DNA from: Eubacteriales bacterium
GTDB taxonomy: Bacteria > Bacillota > Clostridia > Oscillospirales > JAAYXM01
Assembly (NCBI GenBank): GCA_045649265.1
Contig: JAZRPO010000059.1
Coordinates: 80 to 64,079, forward strand
Length of the DNA: 64,000 bases
Direction: 5' to 3'
Positions within the stretch are counted from its first letter, which is position 1; each line of letters begins with the position of its first letter. This document shows positions 41,555-51,313 of this stretch, piece after piece. The translations under genes and the position numbers were made by a program. Under the pieces are notes generated by a model. It did no database searches and was not told the origin of the DNA. It saw only the letters and a list, made by a program, of their open reading frames with translations.

Positions 41555-42872
41555 TGCATATGTTATAGGAGCGGGGCTTGCAGGCTGTGAAGCTGCGTGG
41601 CAGCTTGCAAAAAGAGGTATTGACGTTACCCTTTTTGAAATGAAGCCAGATAAAATGACCCCTGCTCACAAATCATCCGGCTTTGCAGAGCTTGTCTGCT
41701 CAAACTCTCTTCGCGCAGCTAATATTGAAAATGCAGTAGGGCTTCTCAAAGAGGAAATGCGGAGACTTGATTCTCTCATTATGCAAGCCGCAGATTCTAC
41801 CCGCGTCGAAGCAGGCGGGGCGCTCGCTGTTGACAGAGACAGGTTTTCCAGCTATATTACAGAAAAAATCAAAAACCACGATCATATAACCGTCAAAACC
41901 GGTGAAATTGAAAAGCTTCCCGAAGCACGTCCGCTCATTGTCGCAACAGGGCCGCTTACGCAGGAGCCGCTTGCCTCGTCTGTCAGGGAGAGTCTCGGCG
42001 GAGATGAGTTTCTCGGGTTCTTTGATGCAGCAGCTCCGATTGTTACCTTTGAGAGCATAGATATGCAAAGTGCTTACTTTAAATCCCGCTATGACAAGGG
42101 AAGCGCAGACTATATCAACTGCCCTTTGTCAGAGGCGGAATACAAGGCTTTTATTGAAGCTCTTGTTGCTGCTGAGTGTGCCGAGATTCACGGTTTTGAA
42201 GACTCGAATGTTTTTGAAGGATGTATGCCGGTTGAGGTTATGGCAAAGCGCGGCTTTGAAACTCTTCGTTTCGGCCCCTTGAAGCCCGTCGGCCTGCGCG
42301 ACCCGAAAACAGGGGTTACTCCCTATGCAGTTGTCCAGCTTCGCCGTGACAACCGTGAGGGAACGCTTTATAATCTGGTAGGCTTTCAGACTCACCTTAA
42401 ATTCGGCGAGCAAAAAAGAGTTTTCTCCATGATTCCTGCGCTTCGGAATGCGGAATTTGTCAGATATGGGGTTATGCACAGAAATACATATATCAAATCT
42501 CCCAGTCTTTTAAATTGCGACTATTCCGCAAAGCAAGATGATATGCTTTATTTTGCAGGACAAATGACAGGTGTCGAGGGGTATGTTGAATCCGCCTCTT
42601 CAGGTCTGCTTGCAGGGCTTTCGCTTGCGTGCAGGCTGCTTGGAATTTTCTGCCCGAAATTTCCGCAGGAAACTGCGATAGGCGCACTCTCAACATATAT
42701 AAGCTCAGGAAGTGTCGGGGATTTTCAGCCTATGAACATAACCTTTGGCATCATGCCGCCTCTTACTGAGCGGATACGTGTAAAAAAAGAAAAGAACGCT
42801 GCCCTTGCAAAGCGTTCTCTTGACATAATAGATGCAATTTCCGAAAAACTACGGAAGGATGAAACTGTATGA
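41547..42872 (+). CDS. trmFO: Methylenetetrahydrofolate--tRNA-(uracil54-C5)-methyltransferase TrmFO (Gid)
   Basis: FAD motif [16 protein letters not shown] directly after GTG 41547, with GGAGAAG 7-8 nt upstream. I reject the long upstream ORF extension because it overlaps topA. Confidence 0.93.
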   Translation: MSSAYVIGAGLAGCEAAWQLAKRGIDVTLFEMKPDKMTPAHKSSGFAELVCSNSLRAANIENAVGLLKEEMRRLDSLIMQAADSTRVEAGGALAVDRDRFSSYITEKIKNHDHITVKTGEIEKLPEARPLIVATGPLTQEPLASSVRESLGGDEFLGFFDAAAPIVTFESIDMQSAYFKSRYDKGSADYINCPLSEAEYKAFIEALVAAECAEIHGFEDSNVFEGCMPVEVMAKRGFETLRFGPLKPVGLRDPKTGVTPYAVVQLRRDNREGTLYNLVGFQTHLKFGEQKRVFSMIPALRNAEFVRYGVMHRNTYIKSPSLLNCDYSAKQDDMLYFAGQMTGVEGYVESASSGLLAGLSLACRLLGIFCPKFPQETAIGALSTYISSGSVGDFQPMNITFGIMPPLTERIRVKKEKNAALAKRSLDIIDAISEKLRKDETV

Positions 42873-43894
42873 GAATTATACTTGATACAATGGGAAGCGA
42901 TAACGGTGCGGTAGAATTTGTCCGGGGTGCTCTTCTTGCACTTGAAACGCTCAATGTTGATATTTCTTTTGTCGGTAACGAAAAAGAGCTTTCCTCTCTC
43001 ATTTCGGAAGCTGACCCCGAGGGCAAATTCAAAAACAAAATCTCGGTTGTAGCCGCAAGCCAGGTTGTCGATATGAATGACGACCCTCTGGCTGTTATGA
43101 AAGCAAAGCCTGACGCTTCAATGACCGTTGCACTAAAGCTTCTGGCAAACGGCGAAGGCGATGCTCTCGTTTCAGGCGGGAACACCGGCGCGCTTCTCAC
43201 TCAGGCAACTCTCATTCTCAAAAGAATTCGCGGAATCCGTCGGGCAGCACTCGCTCCGATTACTCCGACAGCAACAGGCTCAGCTCTCCTTATAGATAGC
43301 GGAGCAAACGCCGAATGTACTCCGGAGTACCTCTATCAATTCGCTCTTATGGGCTCATTTTACGCAAAGCATACGATGGGCATTTCCTCACCAAGGGTAG
43401 GACTTTTGAACAACGGCGCTGAGGAGCATAAGGGAGATACGCTTCATCAGGAGGCATATAAGCTCCTCCTTTCCTCACATAATAACGGTGAAATAAACTT
43501 TGTCGGAAACATCGAGGGGCGTGACGGGCCTCTCGGCAAGGTGGATGTTGTTGTTGCTGACGGATTTTCAGGAAACATCTACCTTAAAACAATGGAAGGC
43601 ATCGGGCTTTTCTTTTCAAAAGAGCTCAAAAATATTTTTTACTCCTCTCTCGTCGGCAAGCTCTCCGGCCTTATGCTTAAATCTGCTATAAATGTTTTCC
43701 GCAAGAAGGTTGATTATAACAACGCAGGAGGTGCACCTCTTCTAGGAGTTCAGAAACCCGTTATAAAGGCTCACGGCTCGTCAAAGGCGAGTGCAATCTG
43801 TAACTGCATAATACAGGCGAAGACTTATTGCGAGTCGCAAATGGTTGATAAAATATCTCAAAGTATTAAAAAAGAGGAAAAGACAGATGAGTAA
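42869..43894 (+). CDS. plsX: Phosphate acyltransferase PlsX
   Basis: [18 protein letters not shown] and ADGFSGNI motifs. The ATGA start overlaps the trmFO stop. Confidence 0.94.
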   Translation: MRIILDTMGSDNGAVEFVRGALLALETLNVDISFVGNEKELSSLISEADPEGKFKNKISVVAASQVVDMNDDPLAVMKAKPDASMTVALKLLANGEGDALVSGGNTGALLTQATLILKRIRGIRRAALAPITPTATGSALLIDSGANAECTPEYLYQFALMGSFYAKHTMGISSPRVGLLNNGAEEHKGDTLHQEAYKLLLSSHNNGEINFVGNIEGRDGPLGKVDVVVADGFSGNIYLKTMEGIGLFFSKELKNIFYSSLVGKLSGLMLKSAINVFRKKVDYNNAGGAPLLGVQKPVIKAHGSSKASAICNCIIQAKTYCESQMVDKISQSIKKEEKTDE

Positions 43895-44591
43895 GCTTCC
43901 CGATATGTCAGAACTTAATGCTTTCCAAAAACAAATCGGGTATACCTTTAAGAACCTCGATTTGCTCATTCGTGCGCTGACTCACAGCTCATATGCAAAC
44001 GAGAACAGAGCTTCAGGCGTGCGTGACAATGAGCGGCTTGAATTTTTGGGTGACTCTGTCCTTGGAATGAACACGGCACTCTATCTTTTTGAAGAGTATC
44101 CGCAGCTGCCGGAAGGCGAAATGACAAAAATGCGCTCCTCTCTTGTCTGCACAGGTGCGCTTTGTGCGCGTGCACGTGAGATAAACCTCGGCTCCGTTCT
44201 GCTGCTTGGCCACGGTGAAGAAAGCGGTGGCGGGAGAGAGCGTGATTCTATCCTTGCCGATGCGTTTGAAGCCGTAATCGGTGCGATTTATCTTGATTCG
44301 GGAGAATTGGCAGCGCGTTCATTTATAAAAAAATTTGTGTTTGATCGCGAAATTAACGGCAAAGAATCAATCACTGATTACAAAACGACTCTCCAGGAAA
44401 TTGTTCAGAAAAATCACGGTGAAAAACTTTCCTATAGACTTCTTGAATCAAGCGGCCCTGATCATGAGCGCAATTTTGTGGTTGAGGTTTTGATTAACTC
44501 AAACCCGGTAGGAAAGGGCCTTGGGCATAGCAAAAAAGAAGCTGAGCAGATGGCCGCGCACGAAGCCTTAAAGCTCATGGGTATTGAATAA
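43887..44591 (+). CDS. rnc: Ribonuclease III
   Basis: RNase III signature ERLEFLGDSVL and a C-terminal dsRBD (GPDHERNF, GHSKKEAEQMAA). I start it at ATG 43887. Confidence 0.94.
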   Translation: MSKLPDMSELNAFQKQIGYTFKNLDLLIRALTHSSYANENRASGVRDNERLEFLGDSVLGMNTALYLFEEYPQLPEGEMTKMRSSLVCTGALCARAREINLGSVLLLGHGEESGGGRERDSILADAFEAVIGAIYLDSGELAARSFIKKFVFDREINGKESITDYKTTLQEIVQKNHGEKLSYRLLESSGPDHERNFVVEVLINSNPVGKGLGHSKKEAEQMAAHEALKLMGIE

Positions 44592-45595
44592 TGGCCTCTA
44601 TTATTCCGATTTTTATTCCCCACGTCGGTTGCCCTCATGATTGTGTGTTTTGCAATCAGAAGAAAATTGCAGGGAAAGATAAGGCACCGGAGGCTTCAAC
44701 CGTTGCGGCAATGATCTCCGATGCTCTTGAAAATGCAACTTTACCTGCACAGATTGCCTTTTACGGCGGGAGCTTTACCGCCATTGAAAGTTCCTTGATG
44801 CAGGAATATCTCTCCGCCGTTTCTCCTTTTATAGAAGACGGCAGAGTTTCGGGAATCCGCATTTCTACGCGCCCTGACTGCATAAACGAGGATGTTCTGC
44901 AAACTCTTTTAAAATACAATGTTGACACGATTGAGCTCGGAGCACAATCGCTTGATGAGTCTGTTCTCTTAAAATCAGGAAGAGGCCATACCGCCGAGGA
45001 TACCGTACGCGCGACAGCACTTATAAAGCGGTTCGGGTTTGCGCTGATTCTTCAAATGATGACGCATCTGCCGGGCTCGGATGATGAAAAGGACCTTCTC
45101 ACAGCAAGGAAAATAGCCGCTCTCTCCCCGGCAGGAGTCAGGGTTTATCCCACAGTCGTAGTCCGCGATACAGCGCTTGAAGACTTGTGGAGAGCGGGGA
45201 AATACTCTCCTGCAACCCCTGAGCTTGTGGCAAAGCTGGGTGCTCAGATTATAGAAATTTTTGAAGAAAAAAACATCCCGATAATTCGCTTCGGCTTAAA
45301 TCCCACAGAGGATCTGTCGGGGGGGGATGCTCTGTGCGGAGCATACCACCCTGCGCTCGGAGAGATGGCGCGCGCAGAAAGATTTTTTGCTCTTGCAAAG
45401 TCCGACATCGAAAAAAAGGGGCTTTCGGGAGGCAAGCTCACCCTATTTGTCCATCCGAAATGCGTTTCCACCATGAGCGGAGTGAACAAAAACAACAAAA
45501 AACGGCTTTGCGAGCTTTTTGGCTTTTCAAGCATTTCGATCCGCGCAGATTCTGCGCTTCCAAAAAACACGGTTTACGCCGGAAAAGAGAATTAA
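44591..45595 (+). CDS. Radical SAM protein (ELP3-like/COG1243-type)
   Basis: N-terminal CxxxCxxC cluster (GCPHDCVFCNQ). The TAATG start overlaps the rnc stop. Confidence 0.8.
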   Translation: MASIIPIFIPHVGCPHDCVFCNQKKIAGKDKAPEASTVAAMISDALENATLPAQIAFYGGSFTAIESSLMQEYLSAVSPFIEDGRVSGIRISTRPDCINEDVLQTLLKYNVDTIELGAQSLDESVLLKSGRGHTAEDTVRATALIKRFGFALILQMMTHLPGSDDEKDLLTARKIAALSPAGVRVYPTVVVRDTALEDLWRAGKYSPATPELVAKLGAQIIEIFEEKNIPIIRFGLNPTEDLSGGDALCGAYHPALGEMARAERFFALAKSDIEKKGLSGGKLTLFVHPKCVSTMSGVNKNNKKRLCELFGFSSISIRADSALPKNTVYAGKEN

Positions 45596-45634
45596 ATCGA
45601 GGGTTTGCGTCGCTTTTCCCTCTGAATATAAGTC

Positions 45635-45663
45635 TTGCAAGAAAGGCTTTTTCGTGGTAAAAT
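45635..45663 (+). promoter_or_regulatory. Candidate extended -10 promoter of glnA
   Basis: TTGCAA (45635-45640), a 17-nt spacer, then TGgTAAAAT (-10 at 45658-45663). Confidence 0.6.
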
Positions 45664-45699
45664 AAGTTATTAATCCAACATATGATCAGGAGGCATGAA

Positions 45700-47028
45700 A
45701 TGAGCTACACTCGTGAGGATATTGAAAGAATCGTAAAGGAAGAAGACGTTCAGTTTATTCGCTTGCAGTTTACCGACATCTTCGGAACAATGAAGAATAT
45801 TTCCATCACTGCACGTCAGCTCGCTCATGCGCTTGATAACAAATGTATGTTTGACGGCTCATCAATCGAGGGCTTTGTGAGAGTTGAAGAGTCGGATATG
45901 TATCTTCATCCCGACCTTAACTCCTTCTGTGTCCTTCCCTGGATAAAAGAAGGCGGTAAGGTTGCAAGGCTTATATGCGATGTTTATGATACTCACGGAA
46001 ACCCGTTTATGGGTGACCCGCGTTGTGTCCTAAAACGCGTGCTTCGTGATGCTGCTGATTTGGGTTATACTGTCAACATCGGCCCGGAGGCTGAGTTTTT
46101 CCTCTTTAAGACCGATGAAAACGGAAATCCGACTGCCATCAGAAACGACAGAGCCGGATATTTTGACCTCGGCCCGGTCGATACTGACGAAAACGTTCGC
46201 CGTGAGATGTGCCGTTATCTTGAGGAAATGGGCTTTGAAATTGAAGCCTCTCACCATGAAAACGCAGACAGCCAGCACGAAATTGACTTTAAGTACGGCG
46301 AAGCTCTCACCACCGCCGACAACATAATAACCTTCAAGCTGGTTGTTAAGACGATTGCTCATAAAAATGGGCTGCATGCGACCTTCATGCCAAAGCCGAT
46401 TTTCGGAATTTGCGGTTCAGGCATGCATATAAACATATCTCTCTCTAAAAATGGGAAGAATATATTCTATGATTCATCAGACTCTCTCGGTCTCAGCCGT
46501 GATGCATATTCCTTTATCGCCGGCGTAATCGAGCATTCCCGCGCTATGTGCGCTGTTACAAACCCGCTTGTAAACTCATACAAGCGCCTCGTTTCAGGCT
46601 ATGAAGCTCCGATATACATTGCATGGTCGGCAAAAAACAGAAGCCCGCTTATCCGTGTTCCGAGTGCATCCGGTGAGGGAACCCGGATTGAAATCAGAAA
46701 TCCCGACCCTGCGGCAAACCCGTATCTTGCATTTGCAGCAGTTCTTGCAGCAGGGCTTGACGGCATCAAAAAAGGCCTTACTCCCCCACCATCAGTTGAA
46801 TCCAATATTTTTGAGATGACAAACGAAGAGCTTCGTGAAAAGAATATCCTTTCTCTCCCCAAAAACCTTTCCGAAGCTGTTGATGCGTTTGAAAAGGATG
46901 AGCTTCTTCTCGAAACAATCGGCGACCATATTGCTCCGAAATATATAGAGGCAAAGCGCCGCGAGTGGCACGAGTACACATCCACTGTCCACGACTGGGA
47001 GGTCAACAGATACTTGATTAAATATTAA
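45700..47028 (+). CDS. glnA: Glutamine synthetase, type I
   Basis: [42 protein letters not shown] and NRSPLIRVP motifs. ATG 45700 follows AGGAGG. Confidence 0.95.
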   Translation: MSYTREDIERIVKEEDVQFIRLQFTDIFGTMKNISITARQLAHALDNKCMFDGSSIEGFVRVEESDMYLHPDLNSFCVLPWIKEGGKVARLICDVYDTHGNPFMGDPRCVLKRVLRDAADLGYTVNIGPEAEFFLFKTDENGNPTAIRNDRAGYFDLGPVDTDENVRREMCRYLEEMGFEIEASHHENADSQHEIDFKYGEALTTADNIITFKLVVKTIAHKNGLHATFMPKPIFGICGSGMHINISLSKNGKNIFYDSSDSLGLSRDAYSFIAGVIEHSRAMCAVTNPLVNSYKRLVSGYEAPIYIAWSAKNRSPLIRVPSASGEGTRIEIRNPDPAANPYLAFAAVLAAGLDGIKKGLTPPPSVESNIFEMTNEELREKNILSLPKNLSEAVDAFEKDELLLETIGDHIAPKYIEAKRREWHEYTSTVHDWEVNRYLIKY

Positions 47029-47042
47029 GAGGTAATTCCACT

Positions 47043-48053
47043 ATGAAGGAACGTCTTATCTTACCTGAAAACTACAACAGATCAATGTCAATCCGCGAAA
47101 CGGAGCGCGGGGTGAAAATGATAAAGGATATGTTTGAGAGAAAGCTCGCAGAGGCTCTTCATCTTGAACGTGTCAGCGCTCCGCTTTTCGTGAAAAGCGG
47201 AACAGGGCTTAACGACAACCTCAACGGAATCGAGCGCCCTGTTGCTTTTGACCTTCTCGAACAGCCGGGCAGCGTTTATGAAATTGTTCATTCTCTTGCA
47301 AAATGGAAGCGAATGGCGCTCCGGGATTACGGTTTTTCCTCAGGCGAGGGGCTCTATACCGATATGAATGCCATCCGCCGTGACGAGATGACAGACAATC
47401 TCCATTCCATATATGTTGATCAGTGGGATTGGGAGCTTGTTATTGACAAAAAAGACAGAACAGGCGAGTTTTTGGAGAAAATCGTCCGAAAGATATATGA
47501 TGTTGTAAAGGTGGCAGAAAATGAAGTTTCCGCTCAATTCGGCACAGAAAAAAAACTACCGAATGAAATTTCATTTTTCTCGACATATGACCTTGAAGAG
47601 CGATATCCTGACCTTACAGGAAAGCAGAGAGAGCACGCGATCGCAAAAGAGTTTGGCGCTGTTTTCATTTCGCAGATTGGCGGAAAACTCAAAAATGGCG
47701 GGAAGCATGACGGCCGTGCTCCCGACTATGATGATTGGACTCTCAACGGCGATATTGTTCTTTATTATCCGCTCCTCGACTGTGCCTTTGAGATTTCCTC
47801 TATGGGCATCAGGGTTGATGAGGCCGCTCTTTTGTTTCAGCTCCGCGAGGAGGGCTGCGAGAACAGGCTTGAGCTTCCATTCCAGAAAGCACTTATAAAC
47901 GGAGAGCTTCCTTATACAATCGGCGGAGGAATCGGCCAATCTCGCCTTTGTATGTATCTGCTCAACTGTGCACATATCGGAGAGGTCCAATCCTCAGTAT
48001 GGCCGGCAGCAGATGTTGAAATCTGCCGCGAAAATGGGATCAAGCTTTTATAA
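47043..48053 (+). CDS. asnA: Aspartate--ammonia ligase (asparagine synthetase A)
   Basis: 336 aa of the class-II-aaRS-like AsnA family (LERVSAPLF, NAIRRDE, VDQWDWE, GGGIGQSRL). Confidence 0.92.
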   Translation: MKERLILPENYNRSMSIRETERGVKMIKDMFERKLAEALHLERVSAPLFVKSGTGLNDNLNGIERPVAFDLLEQPGSVYEIVHSLAKWKRMALRDYGFSSGEGLYTDMNAIRRDEMTDNLHSIYVDQWDWELVIDKKDRTGEFLEKIVRKIYDVVKVAENEVSAQFGTEKKLPNEISFFSTYDLEERYPDLTGKQREHAIAKEFGAVFISQIGGKLKNGGKHDGRAPDYDDWTLNGDIVLYYPLLDCAFEISSMGIRVDEAALLFQLREEGCENRLELPFQKALINGELPYTIGGGIGQSRLCMYLLNCAHIGEVQSSVWPAADVEICRENGIKLL

Positions 48054-48055
48054 TG

Positions 48056-48358
48056 CTTTGGCTCATTGCAAGACCGCACTATCCGGGGAGTCAGCGGTGC
48101 CCTGTACCTGCAATCCGCTACAGCAGGGGTGAATCCCTGTTCAGAGGCTCTGATGCGTGTGGCTGTGTTATGCAGTTTCAGTGTTGATGGGCTGGTCCTG
48201 CGCAGCAAAAGGCTGTGAACCATGTCAGGCGGGGAACCGAGCAGCATTAAGCAGTTTTCTTTGTGTGCCGCAGGTGCGCCGGCCCTGAGCTGTTCTCATA
48301 AAGAACGCATATGCCTTTTTGTCGAAGAACAGGTGTGCGGTCGTGCAATGAGTCAAAG
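48056..48358 (+). ncRNA. ffs: Signal recognition particle RNA, long (Bacillus/Clostridium-type with Alu domain)
   Basis: Domain IV motif GTCAGGCGGGGAACCGAGCAGC at about 48224. The 5' end CTTTGGCTCATTGCAAGACCGCAC pairs with the 3' end GTGCGGTCGTGCAATGAGTCAAAG. Sits in the canonical position just upstream of dnaX. Exact ends are approximate. Confidence 0.8.
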
Positions 48359-48377
48359 CGAAAGTTAGAGGTTGATT

Positions 48378-49952
48378 ATGATGTATCAGGCACTTTATCG
48401 CAAGTGGAGGCCCCGGAGCTTTTCAGATGTTGTCGGGCAGAGCGCAGTTTGTGACACTCTCGCGCGCCAGGTTGAAACCGGGCATATCTCCCATGCATAT
48501 TTGTTCTCCGGTTCTCGCGGTACGGGGAAAACTACCTGTGCCAAAATCCTTGCAAAGGCGATAAATTGTGAAAACCCATTCCACGGCAGCCCCTGCAACA
48601 AATGTCCTTCTTGCCTTGGAATTTCAAGCGGGGAAATTCTTGATATTGTTGAGATTGATGCTGCTTCAAATAACGGTGTTGATTACGTTCGTGACCTTCG
48701 CGAGGAGGCTATATATTCTCCTGTAAGCGTTAAGAAAAGAGTGTATATAATCGACGAGGTTCATATGTTTTCTCAGAGCGCATTCAATGCGCTTCTCAAA
48801 ATAATGGAGGAGCCCCCGGAGCATGTTGTCTTTATTCTTGCAACAACCGAGCTTCACAAGGTTCCTGCGACCATCTCCTCGCGTTGTCAGCGCTTTATAT
48901 TTAAACGAATTCCAACCTCCGTTATTTCGGAACGCCTTAAATTCATCGCAAAGAACGAGGGTGTTCAGCTTTCTGACACTGCTGCCGAATATATCGCTAC
49001 TCTTTCCGATGGTGCAATGCGCGATGCGCTTTCCCTTTTTGACCAATGTATTTCAGTAGGAAAGGGCTCGGTCTCCGAAGAGACGGTTGCCGATGTTGTA
49101 GGCCTTGCAGGGAAAAAGCAAACCTTTGATATGACGCTTGCGATTGCAGAGCACGATGTCTCAAAAACTCTCTCGATTTTGAATGATATATATATCGGCG
49201 GTAAAAATATAGATTCCGTTCTTTCAGAGCTTGCGGGAATCTTCCGCGACGTTCTTATTTTAAAGACCTCAGCCGAGGAGCTTCCACAGATAAGCGCACG
49301 TTATACGAAAGACGAGCTTTCTGCTCTTGCGAATGCCTTTGACACATACAGGCTCTGCGAGATTATAGAAGCTCTCCAAAAAACGACCGTATCAATAACC
49401 GTAAGCTCAAATAAACGCATTGATGCCGAGCTGTGCTGCATCAAGCTGTGTCGCAGTAGTGATGCCGATTTTCCCGGCTCTCTCACAGGTAAAGTTTCTG
49501 AGATTTCCGAAAAGATGTCCGATGAGCCGAGCGCACTCCTAAGCCCTCGAAAAAACGAGGTCACTTCTCCCGAAAAGTCCAAGCCTGCTCCGAAGCAGGA
49601 AATTCCAACATCTCAAAAGCCGGCAGAGGAGAAACCAGCTGCCGATGCTGCGACATTGTGGAAGAAAATCATTTCGGAAGCAAAGCCCAGGCTCTCTCCC
49701 GGTGTTTTGCCGCTCTTTTCAGGGGTTCGGGTTGAGCTTTCCGGAAATGTTCTGACTATTTCAAGCGAAAGCACTTTTATTATGCAAATGCTCAAGAAAA
49801 GTGAAAACATGGATATATTCCGCTCAGCCGCAGCCGTTGTATCCCCCGGCATAAATGTTATAGCCGGCAACATTCGTGTCGAGGCACCCGAAAGCGGAAT
49901 TGATGAATTGATTGACAGTTTAGGCGATTTTGAAGGAATAACAATTAAGTAA
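48378..49952 (+). CDS. dnaX: DNA polymerase III subunits gamma/tau
   Basis: YRKWRP, Walker A GSRGTGKTT, zinc module CxxCxxC, DEVHM and the sensor motif. I start it at ATG 48378. Confidence 0.93.
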   Translation: MMYQALYRKWRPRSFSDVVGQSAVCDTLARQVETGHISHAYLFSGSRGTGKTTCAKILAKAINCENPFHGSPCNKCPSCLGISSGEILDIVEIDAASNNGVDYVRDLREEAIYSPVSVKKRVYIIDEVHMFSQSAFNALLKIMEEPPEHVVFILATTELHKVPATISSRCQRFIFKRIPTSVISERLKFIAKNEGVQLSDTAAEYIATLSDGAMRDALSLFDQCISVGKGSVSEETVADVVGLAGKKQTFDMTLAIAEHDVSKTLSILNDIYIGGKNIDSVLSELAGIFRDVLILKTSAEELPQISARYTKDELSALANAFDTYRLCEIIEALQKTTVSITVSSNKRIDAELCCIKLCRSSDADFPGSLTGKVSEISEKMSDEPSALLSPRKNEVTSPEKSKPAPKQEIPTSQKPAEEKPAADAATLWKKIISEAKPRLSPGVLPLFSGVRVELSGNVLTISSESTFIMQMLKKSENMDIFRSAAAVVSPGINVIAGNIRVEAPESGIDELIDSLGDFEGITIK

Positions 49953-49964
49953 GGAGTTTTTATT

Positions 49965-50300
49965 ATGGCAAGAGGCGGATTTCCCGGCGGCGGGATTAAT
50001 ATGAATATGATTAAGCAGGCTCAGAAAATGCAGCAGGATATGATGCGTATGCAGCAGGAGCTTGAAGAAAAAACCTATACAGCATCAGCAGGCGGCGGTG
50101 TTGTCGAAGCAACCGTAAGCGGAAAAAACAGAGTTACCTCTGTCAAAATCCAGCCCGAAGCTATTGACCCCGATGATGTTGAGATGCTTGAAGACTTAAT
50201 TGTTGCGGCTATCAGCGAGGCAATGAATCAGGCAGAGGCAGCAGCAAACGAAAGCATGAAAAAAATCACCGGCGGAATGAGCCTTCCCGGTATGTTTTAA
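49965..50300 (+). CDS. ybaB: YbaB/EbfC nucleoid-associated protein
   Basis: 111 aa containing [20 protein letters not shown] and [11 protein letters not shown]. Lies between dnaX and recR. Confidence 0.92.
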   Translation: MARGGFPGGGINMNMIKQAQKMQQDMMRMQQELEEKTYTASAGGGVVEATVSGKNRVTSVKIQPEAIDPDDVEMLEDLIVAAISEAMNQAEAAANESMKKITGGMSLPGMF

Positions 50301-50338
50301 TCCTTTTTCCTCAGACTCATATAACGGGGGGCTTGAAA

Positions 50339-50938
50339 ATGCGCTTTTTTACTGCACCGGTTGAAAACTTAATAGAGCAGTTTCAGAAGCTTCCCGGAAT
50401 TGGCAGGAAAACAGCCCAGAGGCTTGCTTTCTTCGTCCTTTCGCTTCCGGAATCGGAAGCTGAGGGCTTTGCAAATGCCATTACCGAAGCAAAGCGCAAG
50501 GTCAAGTTCTGCAACGTATGTCAGAATATGACCGATTCTGAAGTGTGTTCAATCTGCGAAGACGAGGCGCGTGACCGCACAACGGTTTGCGTAGTCTCTG
50601 ACCCGAAGGACGTTGCTGCAATAGAAAAAACGCGTGAATATAACGGCATGTATCATGTTCTTCACGGTTGCATTTCTCCGATGAACGGCATCGGCCCTGA
50701 TGATGTTCGTATAAAAGAGCTTTGCTCTCGCGTTGCTGAGGGTAATATCAAAGAAGTTATCCTTGCTACAAATCCCGATACAGAAGGCGAGGCTACGGCG
50801 ATGTACATATCCCGCCTGCTCTCACCCTTTGGTGTTGCGATAACCCGTCTTGCATACGGAATACCTGTTGGTGGTCATCTGGAATTCGCGGATGAAATGA
50901 CTCTTATCCGTGCCCTTGAAGGCAGACGGAGTATGTAG
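50339..50938 (+). CDS. recR: Recombination protein RecR
   Basis: HhH ([14 protein letters not shown]), C4 zinc finger ([16 protein letters not shown]) and Toprim ([21 protein letters not shown]). Confidence 0.95.
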   Translation: MRFFTAPVENLIEQFQKLPGIGRKTAQRLAFFVLSLPESEAEGFANAITEAKRKVKFCNVCQNMTDSEVCSICEDEARDRTTVCVVSDPKDVAAIEKTREYNGMYHVLHGCISPMNGIGPDDVRIKELCSRVAEGNIKEVILATNPDTEGEATAMYISRLLSPFGVAITRLAYGIPVGGHLEFADEMTLIRALEGRRSM

Positions 50939-50969
50939 GGTATAACTGTTTCCATATTATTTTAAATGC

Positions 50970-51053
50970 GCGGGTGTGGCGGAATTGGCAGACGCGCCAG
51001 ACTTAGGATCTGGTGTCTCCGACGTGCAGGTTCAAATCCTGTCACCCGCACCA
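50970..51053 (+). tRNA. tRNA-Leu (anticodon UAG), long variable arm, encoded CCA
   Basis: Acceptor stem GCGGGTG/CACCCGC, anticodon stem-loop CCAGA-CTTAGGA-TCTGG, T-arm GCAGGTTCAAATCCTGT, and a terminal ACCA. Confidence 0.93.
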
Positions 51054-51057
51054 TATC

Positions 51058-51096
51058 GAGTGTTCATAACGTATGTTATGGACACTCTTTCTATTT
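51058..51096 (+). terminator. Rho-independent terminator after tRNA-Leu
   Basis: GAGTGTTCATAAC-GTAT-GTTATGGACACTC forms a 13-bp stem with one G-U pair, followed by TTTCTATTT. Confidence 0.65.
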
Positions 51097-51133
51097 ATGA
51101 CACATTATGAACACTCGCACCACTTTTCTCTGT

Positions 51134-51162
51134 TTGAAAAATACACATTTTTGTGGTAAAAT
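51134..51162 (+). promoter_or_regulatory. Orphan promoter-like element with no downstream plus-strand ORF
   Basis: TTGAAA (51134-51139), a 17-nt spacer, then TGgTAAAAT (-10 at 51157-51162). Confidence 0.4.
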
Positions 51163-51258
51163 GTAATATAAACCTTCTTATTTTCGTCAAAGGGATACTT
51201 CCTTTTAGTCAATCTACCGGATATTTATTACAATCTTTTTATAACAGAGCAAAATAAT

Positions 51259-51290
51259 AAAGGCAACCTTTCAAAAGAAAGGTTGTCTTT
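51259..51290. terminator. Terminator hairpin downstream of methylaspartate ammonia-lyase (U-rich flanks on both strands)
   Basis: AAAGGCAACCTTTC-AAAA-GAAAGGTTGTCTTT. On the minus strand the hairpin is followed by ATTATTTTG, on the plus strand by ATTATTTCG. Confidence 0.7.
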
Positions 51291-51313
51291 ATTATTTCGT
51301 TATTCATAAAATG

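Noticed and set aside
45596-45699. A GlnR/TnrA operator (TGTNA-N7-TNACA) upstream of glnA
   Set aside because: The closest candidate, AGTTA-TTAATC-CAACA, has the wrong spacing and mismatches in both half-sites. No glnR gene precedes glnA here.
48378-49952. A programmed -1 frameshift site in dnaX (gamma/tau production)
   Set aside because: I looked for an A AAA AAG-type slippery heptamer with a downstream hairpin. Only GGGAAAAAG (about 49108) is present, which has five A residues and no evident stimulatory structure.
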